Of a stretch of DNA of 64,000 nucleotides, positions 56,820-64,000 are shown one piece after another. Source of the DNA: an uncultured Candidatus Saccharibacteria bacterium. Lineage in GTDB: Bacteria; Patescibacteriota; Doudnabacteria; UBA920. The notes under the pieces were generated by a model. It made no database searches, had not been told where the DNA came from, and saw only the letters and a list, made by a program, of their open reading frames with translations. Location of the stretch: assembly GCA_964617815.1 (NCBI GenBank), contig CAZTXY010000002.1, positions 39,343 through 103,342 of the forward strand. The letters run 5' to 3'. Position numbers and translations under genes: made by a program. Positions within the stretch are counted from its first letter, which is position 1. Each line of letters opens with the position of its first letter.

Positions 56820-59601
56820 AATTTACATTGATAGTAATTTTTTGCGAGGTAGGACCATTTTCTGCCCGCGCATATACTTTATATTGCCCACTTTTTGGTT
56901 TAGTTTGCCAAGTGTAAGTATAAATATAAACGCCATCAATTTCTGCTTCGGTCGCTAGTCCTAAGTTTCGGACAACCACCCCACTTTGATAGTAAAAGGA
57001 TACTGAACTAAACTCTCCAGAACTTTCGGCTTGCAGATTAAGTGGGAAGCTAATAGTTTCTCCTACTGCAGGGCTAGTTAAACTTAGAGATTGATCTAAG
57101 GCAAAATTTATTTGAGTGCTTGTTTCGGAAGTTTTGCCAAAGTTATCAAGAAGCCTTGCTGTAATTGTATGTGGTCCATTCGAATATTTTTTATTTACTT
57201 GGATAGAGTACGGAGCTTTGGTTAGTGACTGGATAGGTTCGCCGTCAATAAATATATCTATTCGAGAAACAGTATCAGGGCTTGAAACACTTATATTAAT
57301 CGTCATTGGTAGTTGAGAGATGGTAGAGTTTTCTTGCGGCGAAATGATATCAATACTCCCAGCTCCACCAGGAGCAGGGTTTGGGTCATTGATAGAACTC
57401 CCATCTGGTGGATAGATATAACCGTTGGCTAGCGCCCATGCTCTTACTGGGTTTTCCCAAGCAGGATTATTTGGTCGTTCGCTGTGAATATTTGTAAAGA
57501 TATTAATGATAATATTTTCTGGCAATGTGTTTTCTGTTGCAGGTTGTCCAGTTTGGCTGTCCATACGCACTCCAACATGAATATCATCTTTTTGATTTGG
57601 GATTGCCCAGCTGGCAAAAACATCTTCACGCACCTCGCCACTATATTCTGTGGGGAGTTTACCAGAAAGCGTATCAACAGCAATTCGAGAAATGCCATCA
57701 GGTGCTTCAAATTTTTCCACCTCTTTGTCTTTAAGGGCTTCACGCATAAATGCATTCCAAATTGGGCCAGCAACTACAACTGCATCGGCTTTTAGAGATT
57801 GGCCGTTATTGTTTCCTGTCCAAACCCCAGCGGCTAGCGATGGTGTAAACCCTAAAGTCCAACCATCTTTAAAGTCGTTGGTGGTTCCAGTTTTCGCTGC
57901 AACTGGCCTGCCTGAAATTGTTAGAGGTGAATTACCGCCAAAGACATAGCTACGGGCTTGGTTGTCGCTCATAATGCTGGTCACTAAATATACTGCTTGT
58001 GGGTCAAGCACGCGTTGTTCATTTTGTTGGTACTCTTCTAAAGTTTTTCCCTGATTATCAATGACTTTCATAATCGGGGTTTTGTCATTTTTAGCTCCAC
58101 CATTAGCTAAAACGCTGTAGGCTGCTACGTGGTCTACAAGTTTTACTTCACAACCACCAAGAACTAAGGATAAACCGCAGTTTGCTAAGGGAGTGGTAAT
58201 TCCAAGACTATGCGCTGTCTCTGTGACATTTTCAACTCCGACTAAAGCTAAAGTTTTAACAGCAGGAATGTTTAAGCTTCCTGCTAACGCTTTACGCATA
58301 TTTACTGGACCAAATTCTCCACCAGAAAAATTGCGAGGAGTGTAGTTCCCAAAATTTGTGACAACGTCAAAAAGCGGACTGGCTGGACTGTAGCCATGTT
58401 CTTTACTAAAAGCCGTGACATAAGCGTAAGGTTTAAAACTACTTCCTGGTTGTCTTTGTGCTGTTGCGACATTGACTTGTGGTTCAAAGGTGCAGGTTTT
58501 CCCACTAATGCACCCAACGGGTTCTGAGTCGGCAAAGTAGTCTTTACTGCCAACCATGGCTAAAATTTGGCCAGTTTTTGGGTCTATGGCGACTAGGCCT
58601 GCATTATGGGCATTTTTGCTCAATGCTTTCTGTGCCCCTTCTCTAACTACGCGCTCTCCAATTTCTTGTAGACGTGGGTCGAGGGTTGTATAAACTTTCA
58701 GTCCACCTTCTTGAATAGCTTTTTCACCATATTTTTTAGCTAAGTAGTCTTGTACATAAAACACAAAATGAGGAGCAGTGATTTTATCTTTTGGTGCTTG
58801 AAAAACTATTTTCTCTTGCAGGGCTTCGTCTTGTTGCTGTTGGGTAATATAGCCTTGCTCTTTCATTAAACTAAGAATATGTTTTTGTCTAGATTCCAAC
58901 GCTTCTCTGTTTGGACCAAACGGATTGTAGTAAGTTGGAGCTTGAGGAAGGGCAGCCAAGTAAGCACTCTCTGCTAAAGTTAACTCGGAAGCATTTTTAT
59001 TAAAATAAGTTTGGCTAGCTGCTTGAATACCATAAGCATTGCGGCCATAAGGGATTTCGTTTAAGTAGAGTTTTAAAATATCATCTTTGGAAAAACGCGC
59101 TTCAATTTCCAATGATAAAATAATTTCTTTGAGTTTGCGAGAAAATCTTTTTTCTTTGGTCAGCACTGCATTTTTTACAAACTGCTGGGTGATAGTACTT
59201 CCACCTTGGCTTTTTGAACCAGTTAAGACATCAATAATAACAGATCTGGCAATGCCGGTTAGTGAAATTCCCCCATGTTTGTAAAAATCTTTATCTTCAA
59301 CAGCAATTGCTGCTTGTTGAGCAGTTTTAGGGATTTGATCTAGCGGAATAAGGGTTCGTTTAAATTCACCATGAACTTCGTAGAGTAATCCCCCATCTCG
59401 ATCAAAAATCTTTGTGGATTCTGCTACGCTTCTTTCAAGGAGTTTGTTTGGGTCCGGCAAGCTCGCACTGTAGTACATAAATAGCAAAGCTATAGCTAAG
59501 ACACCAGCTGTGGTGAGCCGAAAAAGCCAAGTTAGCGTAAATTTTCTTGTTAGCCAAGGAAATCTTTTTCTAAGCTTTCTTGCAAAAGATGACTGTTTCA
59601 T
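56818..59601 (-). CDS. Class A penicillin-binding protein (PBP1A family) with C-terminal Ig-like domains
   Basis: EDKDFYKH, GGSTITQQ, RQPGSSFK, SLN, KTGT; start moved to MKQSSF. Confidence 0.95.
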   Translation of the reverse strand: MKQSSFARKLRKRFPWLTRKFTLTWLFRLTTAGVLAIALLFMYYSASLPDPNKLLERSVAESTKIFDRDGGLLYEVHGEFKRTLIPLDQIPKTAQQAAIAVEDKDFYKHGGISLTGIARSVIIDVLTGSKSQGGSTITQQFVKNAVLTKEKRFSRKLKEIILSLEIEARFSKDDILKLYLNEIPYGRNAYGIQAASQTYFNKNASELTLAESAYLAALPQAPTYYNPFGPNREALESRQKHILSLMKEQGYITQQQQDEALQEKIVFQAPKDKITAPHFVFYVQDYLAKKYGEKAIQEGGLKVYTTLDPRLQEIGERVVREGAQKALSKNAHNAGLVAIDPKTGQILAMVGSKDYFADSEPVGCISGKTCTFEPQVNVATAQRQPGSSFKPYAYVTAFSKEHGYSPASPLFDVVTNFGNYTPRNFSGGEFGPVNMRKALAGSLNIPAVKTLALVGVENVTETAHSLGITTPLANCGLSLVLGGCEVKLVDHVAAYSVLANGGAKNDKTPIMKVIDNQGKTLEEYQQNEQRVLDPQAVYLVTSIMSDNQARSYVFGGNSPLTISGRPVAAKTGTTNDFKDGWTLGFTPSLAAGVWTGNNNGQSLKADAVVVAGPIWNAFMREALKDKEVEKFEAPDGISRIAVDTLSGKLPTEYSGEVREDVFASWAIPNQKDDIHVGVRMDSQTGQPATENTLPENIIINIFTNIHSERPNNPAWENPVRAWALANGYIYPPDGSSINDPNPAPGGAGSIDIISPQENSTISQLPMTINISVSSPDTVSRIDIFIDGEPIQSLTKAPYSIQVNKKYSNGPHTITARLLDNFGKTSETSTQINFALDQSLSLTSPAVGETISFPLNLQAESSGEFSSVSFYYQSGVVVRNLGLATEAEIDGVYIYTYTWQTKPKSGQYKVYARAENGPTSQKITINVN

Positions 59602-59731
59602 TTTTGTTGTATATTCGTAAATGCGCATATCTATATTATACCTATTTTGTGGCGATTATGTAAGTATCGCATTTGCGCACAAAGTGTTACAGCTATTCGA
59701 AATAATCTTCAAATATTGGTATACTATTTTC

Positions 59732-60916
59732 ATGAGTACATTATCTAAACAAACACAAATTCAAGAGTTGTTAACTCGTGGTACTGATGAGATTATTCAA
59801 AAGCCTCATCTTGAAGATGCTTTAAAAAGTGGTAAAAAGCTTCGGATTAAGTTGGGCATAGATCCAACTAGTCCCAATATTCACATTGGTCGGGCCGTAA
59901 TTTTGTGGAAGCTCCGCGCATTTCAAGAGCTTGGGCATCAAGTTGTCTTTATAGTGGGTGACTTTACAGGCCTGATTGGTGACACTTCTGACAAAGATGC
60001 CGAGCGTCCCATGCTTTCCGAAGTTCAGGTTAAGGCAAATTTAAAATCGTATTTTGCTCAAGCGTATAAAATTTTAGATAAATCCAAAACAGAAGCCCAT
60101 TATAATTCCAAATGGCTTAAGAAATTAGCTTTTGGAGAAATTGGAAAATTGGCAGATGCATTTGGTCTTCATGATTTTTCTTCGAGAGAGTTAATAAAAA
60201 AACGGATGGATGCAGGCAAGCGTGTTTCGGTTCGCGAATTATTATATCCTCTGATGCAAGGTTACGATAGTATCGCAATTAAAGCTGATGTTGAACTTGG
60301 AGGCACTGATCAGAGATATAATATGTTGGCCGGACGCATCCTACAACCTCTTTACGGACAAGAACCTCAAGATATTATGACTTTTTCTTTACTGGAAGGA
60401 ACAGACGGCCGTAAGATGTCTTCATCTTGGGGAAACGTAATTAATATTACAGATACTCCAGAGAATATGTTTGGTAAAGTAATGTCTCTCCAAGATGGTT
60501 TGATTGAAAAATATTTTATTTTAGCAACCCGTGTTCCACTAAACCAAATCAAAGATATTTTAAAATCAAATCAAAATCCACGGGATCAGAAACTGATTTT
60601 GGCTGAGCATTTAGTATCTTTGTACCATGGCCCAGCTTTAGCTGAAAAAGCCAAATCTGGATTCATTGCTCAATTTAGCAATAAGGAATTGCCACAAGAT
60701 ATCGAGGCCTTTACTTTAAAAGTAGGGTTGTACCCCCTTGCTGATTTATTGGTGCTAGTTAAATTAGCTAGTAGTAAGTCAGAGGCCAGAAGGCTAATTT
60801 CTCAGGGGGGTGTTAAGGTTAATCAGCAGACAGTATCAGATAAACCAATTCAAATAGAAAAGAAAAATGACTTAATTGTTCAAGTTGGCAAACGTAAATT
60901 TGTACGAATTAAATAG
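59732..60916 (+). CDS. tyrS: Tyrosine--tRNA ligase
   Basis: GIDPT, HIGR, YPLMQGYD, GGTDQ, KMSSS, S4-like tail; start MSTLSK 6 nt after TATACT. Confidence 0.97.
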   Translation: MSTLSKQTQIQELLTRGTDEIIQKPHLEDALKSGKKLRIKLGIDPTSPNIHIGRAVILWKLRAFQELGHQVVFIVGDFTGLIGDTSDKDAERPMLSEVQVKANLKSYFAQAYKILDKSKTEAHYNSKWLKKLAFGEIGKLADAFGLHDFSSRELIKKRMDAGKRVSVRELLYPLMQGYDSIAIKADVELGGTDQRYNMLAGRILQPLYGQEPQDIMTFSLLEGTDGRKMSSSWGNVINITDTPENMFGKVMSLQDGLIEKYFILATRVPLNQIKDILKSNQNPRDQKLILAEHLVSLYHGPALAEKAKSGFIAQFSNKELPQDIEAFTLKVGLYPLADLLVLVKLASSKSEARRLISQGGVKVNQQTVSDKPIQIEKKNDLIVQVGKRKFVRIK

Positions 60917-60938
60917 ATAGTTTAAAAAAATAGATAAA

Positions 60939-60972
60939 ACAAAAACCCTCGATTTGCATCGGGGGTTTTTGT
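60939..60972. terminator. Bidirectional intrinsic terminator
   Basis: ACAAAAACCCTCGAT-TTGC-ATCGGGGGTTTTTGT. Confidence 0.8.
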
Positions 60973-60979
60973 AAGTAGC

Positions 60980-61105
60980 TTATATAGCAGCTTCTTCGTC
61001 AGCTGGAGCAGCTGGAGCAGCTGTTTCTTCAGCGTCAGCAGCGTCGTCAGCTGGAGCAGTTGGGGTAACAACTTCTTCAGTTGTATCTGTGTCGTCCATG
61101 AACAT
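60980..61105 (-). CDS. 41-aa highly acidic Ala/Pro-rich small protein
   Basis: MFMDDTDTTEEVVTPTAPADDAADAEETAAPAAPADEEAAI; SD AAGGAG 8 nt upstream; promoter TGGACA-17-TAGAAT (61199-61227); strong codon bias. Confidence 0.75.
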   Translation of the reverse strand: MFMDDTDTTEEVVTPTAPADDAADAEETAAPAAPADEEAAI

Positions 61106-61233
61106 GTGATGTTCTCCTTGCTCACTATGTCGATCACATAGTGGCGATTATTGATAGTTAATAAATATGCAGTTCTTGAATTCAAGAACTGTACATAGAT
61201 TCTACCATAGCTAGCTAAATTTGTCCAGCCCTG

Positions 61234-61716
61234 TTACAAAGTTTTTTGTAAAGCAGTGCAAAGCGCTATAGCGAGTGCATCAGCGGCATCATCAGGTTTT
61301 GGCACGGAGGTGAGCCCAAAAGTTTTTTTTATCATATACTGCACTTGTTTTTTGTCTGCTTTGCCGTAACCACAGATTCGGTTTTTGACTTCTAGGGGTG
61401 TAAATTCGAATATAGGGATTTTATTTTTTTCGCAGGTCACTAAAATTACGCCACGCGCTTGGCTAACAGTCATGGCAGTTTTTTGGTTTGTGGTAAAAAA
61501 GAGACGCTCAATGCCGACTCGCTGGGGCTTATATTTTTTAATCAAAGCCTCAATATCGGTGGCGATATCGAAGAGTCGAACCGCGTCGCTGTCCGATTTT
61601 TTAGTCGAAATAACCCCGTAATCCTTAATTATAAATTTTTGGGTATCTCCGAGTTTTGTTTCAATAACCCCATATCCTGTGGTCGCTGTTCCAGGGTCAA
61701 TGCCAAGTATTATCAT
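61234..61716 (-). CDS. ruvC: Holliday junction resolvase RuvC
   Basis: ILGIDPG, GIERLFF, QARGV, GKADKKQV, DDAADALA. Confidence 0.97.
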   Translation of the reverse strand: MIILGIDPGTATTGYGVIETKLGDTQKFIIKDYGVISTKKSDSDAVRLFDIATDIEALIKKYKPQRVGIERLFFTTNQKTAMTVSQARGVILVTCEKNKIPIFEFTPLEVKNRICGYGKADKKQVQYMIKKTFGLTSVPKPDDAADALAIALCTALQKTL

Positions 61717-61728
61717 AAAAATATTAAA

Positions 61729-62451
61729 TTAAAAATTCGCGTTTGTGTGCACAGAAATAACGTCTTCATCATTTTCAAGGTTGCTAAAAAGCTCTTCAAT
61801 TATAGGTTTTTGGGTTTCATTCAAGTCTACACCTTGACTGCTTTCTTTGATAATTTCCCCGCGCACTATTTTTGTCCCAGTTGCTTCAATGGCTTTTTGG
61901 ACTTTAGTGAGTTGTGTTGGTTCTGTATAAATGGCTAGTCCTTCGTCTGATTCAACAACGTCAGTTGCTCCTGCATCAATGGCAGTGAGTTCTAAAGCTT
62001 CTAAATCGCTATCGCCTCGTTCTACCAAGATTTCCCCTCGGGTTTGGAATTGCCAAGAGACAGAGCCCAGAGCCCCTAAGCTTCCCCCGGCTTTGGTCAA
62101 GAGTTTTTTTATATTTCCAACGGTGCGGTTAGTGTTGTCTGTGACTGCTTCAATAATAAATGCTGTGCTGAAAGGTCCGTAACCTTCATAAACTACTTCT
62201 TCGATAGTACCACCACCATCTTGTCCTAGTCCTTTTTTAATAGCACGGTCGATGTTGTCATTGGTAAAGCCGTGCGCTTTGGCCGCTTCAATTTCTGTGC
62301 GTAGTTTTAAGTTATGAGTTGGATCACCCGATCCCCCGTCTTTTACTGCAAGGCTAATTTTTTTGGACAACTTGGAAAACAGAACTCCTTTTTTGGCGTC
62401 CTTCGCTCCTTTGTCACGTTTAATTGTTGACCACTTACTGTGTCCACTCAT
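61729..62451 (-). CDS. yebC: YebC/PmpR-family protein
   Basis: MSGHSKWSTIK, YEGYGP, TDNTNRT; next to ruvC. Confidence 0.95.
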   Translation of the reverse strand: MSGHSKWSTIKRDKGAKDAKKGVLFSKLSKKISLAVKDGGSGDPTHNLKLRTEIEAAKAHGFTNDNIDRAIKKGLGQDGGGTIEEVVYEGYGPFSTAFIIEAVTDNTNRTVGNIKKLLTKAGGSLGALGSVSWQFQTRGEILVERGDSDLEALELTAIDAGATDVVESDEGLAIYTEPTQLTKVQKAIEATGTKIVRGEIIKESSQGVDLNETQKPIIEELFSNLENDEDVISVHTNANF

Positions 62452-62481
62452 AGTCTTGTAATTTTACTGCGACCGCACTAT

Positions 62482-63258
62482 TTAATCAATCTTCTCCCAC
62501 ATGGCTTTGAAGTATTCGCGCATATTATAGGAAAGCGTCTCATCATAAATTTCAACTAGGTACTGAGGTTTGGTATTAGTGACCACCATGATAACATAGT
62601 CACCCGTGACCCAGACGCTACTGGTAAATGCATTGCTTCTATCCCAGAATTTAATCACTCTATGTGCGAACTCATTCTTTTCAGCAATAGCTTTTTCGAC
62701 TTCTGAGTCGTTAGTAATTAAGTGGACTTGATCAACCCCCCCCAGCTTTGGTTCTAGTTCGTGTCCTAGCCAGTTGATCCAAGCTTGGTATTGCTTGGTA
62801 AATCCTTGGTCTTGAAATCCCCAGGTGATGGAGTCGTATTTAGTTGTGCTTAGTTTCCACTTAGCCGCGTTGTCGTACAGGTACTGTTCGAGATTTGGCT
62901 CACTAATAAATGTAATTTTAGGGATAAAGAAATTAGTTTCTTTGGAAAGTTGTTGTAGTTCAGGAATGAGACGGTTTGCAATAACCTCTTTTTCTTCTAA
63001 GACCTTCTGCTCTTTTTTAATGGCGTTCTTGATGTCTGCAGGTGGCCGAGCTATGAGAAACGCATTTTCATTGCCTAAGTCCTCAGTGATTAAACCTTTC
63101 TCAATAAGTTCTTTAGCCACACTATACACCGTTGTGCGATTGATTTTGGTCAGCCTCGCAACTTGGGCAGGGGTTACTTTGCCTTGTTGCAATACAGCCA
63201 TATATACGGCACTTTCTTTAGTGCTTAAACCTAGTTGTGAGAGTAAATCTTGAATCAT
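62482..63258 (-). CDS. TrmB-family transcriptional regulator
   Basis: LSQLGLSTKESAVYMAVLQQG...VARLTKINRTTVYSVAKELIEKGLI wHTH; C-terminus YFKAMW. Confidence 0.9.
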   Translation of the reverse strand: MIQDLLSQLGLSTKESAVYMAVLQQGKVTPAQVARLTKINRTTVYSVAKELIEKGLITEDLGNENAFLIARPPADIKNAIKKEQKVLEEKEVIANRLIPELQQLSKETNFFIPKITFISEPNLEQYLYDNAAKWKLSTTKYDSITWGFQDQGFTKQYQAWINWLGHELEPKLGGVDQVHLITNDSEVEKAIAEKNEFAHRVIKFWDRSNAFTSSVWVTGDYVIMVVTNTKPQYLVEIYDETLSYNMREYFKAMWEKID

Positions 63259-63264
63259 ATGTAA

Positions 63265-63491
63265 ATTATAGCATGTTGTTGAAATTTAGTCAACAAGAAT
63301 ATAGGGCTTATTTAAGATATATATACACTTTATCGTTGAAGTAGTATTGACAAATAGCCGATTTTAAGGTATAGTTATGAATCAAAGTAAAGCACTTTGA
63401 TATGGCCCGTGCAGTCGCCCATTCTGGGAAAATGCATCTGGAACAGTGGCTCCAGTAAGAAGCTACTATAAAAGCCTTAGGAGGCAAAATG
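63265..63491. promoter_or_regulatory. Divergent promoter/operator region, cassette 2
   Basis: Minus TTGACT(63288-63293)-17-TATAAT(63265-63270); plus TTGACA(63347-63352)-17-TATAGT(63370-63375); palindrome TTGTTGA-N7-TCAACAA (63276-63296); SD AGGAGG. Confidence 0.8.
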
Positions 63492-63998
63492 TTTAAGTTC
63501 ATGCTAGTTGTCGTTGTCATCATTCTCAGTGCCTCCTTTGAGGCACAGGCGCAGGGCACGACTTCCCCAACCGTCACTGGTTGGATGGATGTCGAAGGAT
63601 CGACTCGAGCCGGGAATGAGTCTGGGCAGGTTCTCGGACTCGTGAACATCGAGTGTGGAAAAGTTGATGCTTTCATCTGGGCGCAATCCGGCCCAGGATT
63701 CCATCAATTATACGCTGGCCCTTCGGTCAGTGTGAAGCCTTGGCTCTCCGTCAGCGTTGGGGCCGGCGTGCAGAGAGTTGGTGACAAGGTTAATCCTAGA
63801 GTGGGAGGATCCGTTTGGGTCGGCAAGGACCGCGTCAGCAATCTCCTACTTTGGGAAGCCGCGGGCTCCGGCCCGTGGTATAAAAACCAAACAAGTGTTA
63901 GGTTTTCCAAGGGAGTTACTGGATCGTTGGTCGTCCAGCGGTTCGCGGGAATAGGGCCTGAGATTCAGGTCATGATCCCTAAGACTTCCTTCTCGGTT
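63489..63998 (+). CDS. Signal-peptide protein with beta-barrel-like amphipathic strands (cassette 2 cargo), 3' end outside window
   Basis: Not in ORF track; 170 open codons: MFKFMLVVVVIILSASFEAQA-QGTTSPTVTGWMDVEG...QLYAGPSVSVKPWLSVSVGAGVQ...RVGGSVWVG... Confidence 0.75.
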   Translation, partial: MFKFMLVVVVIILSASFEAQAQGTTSPTVTGWMDVEGSTRAGNESGQVLGLVNIECGKVDAFIWAQSGPGFHQLYAGPSVSVKPWLSVSVGAGVQRVGDKVNPRVGGSVWVGKDRVSNLLLWEAAGSGPWYKNQTSVRFSKGVTGSLVVQRFAGIGPEIQVMIPKTSFSV

Positions 63999-64000
63999 CG

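Noticed and set aside
59602-59731. N-terminal extensions of PBP1A and TyrS (also RuvA, ABC ATPase and the 6133 ORF)
   Set aside because: Downstream ATGs fit domain starts and, for most, -10 spacing; the extensions cover promoter DNA
60922-61185. 87-aa Leu/Gln-rich ORF
   Set aside because: Alternative frame of the acidic microprotein; no SD and it runs through the terminator
63308-63954. Four short ORFs near the right edge
   Set aside because: Shadow or alternative frames of the SD-led plus-strand gene starting at 63489

Overview
AT-rich bacterial chromosome segment spanning the replication origin (recF-dnaN-dnaA / rpmH-rnpA-yidD-yidC-jag). Gene content (no metabolic operons; rpoBC, valS, tyrS, polA, uvrB, scattered ruvABC and tsaBDE, murE/femABX/vanW/PBP1A, a PilB-type ATPase, two TrmB-family regulators, a membrane-anchored Clp ATPase) suggests a Patescibacteria (CPR) genome; that assignment is inference. 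No rRNA, tRNA, CRISPR array, transposase or integrase was seen. Four genes missing from the ORF track were read directly: a surface protein running off the left edge, rpmH, a 41-aa acidic protein, and a signal-peptide beta-strand protein running off the right edge. Main candidate for a new system: two loci 32 kb apart share one architecture. Each has a leaderless TrmB-family regulator, a divergent promoter pair whose -35 boxes are overlapped by locus-specific N7-spaced palindromes, and near-identical +1 and ribosome-binding sequences, yet each drives an unrelated orphan cargo gene (one beta-barrel-like). A GC-rich ClpP-like gene has a similar expression module without a regulator. Other highlights: a short-stem-I T-box riboswitch with a Val specifier before valS, 7-nt tandem repeats and CCGCC/GGCGG palindromes embedded in essential genes, widespread leaderless-type promoters, and a Bacillus-like unwinding module at oriC.
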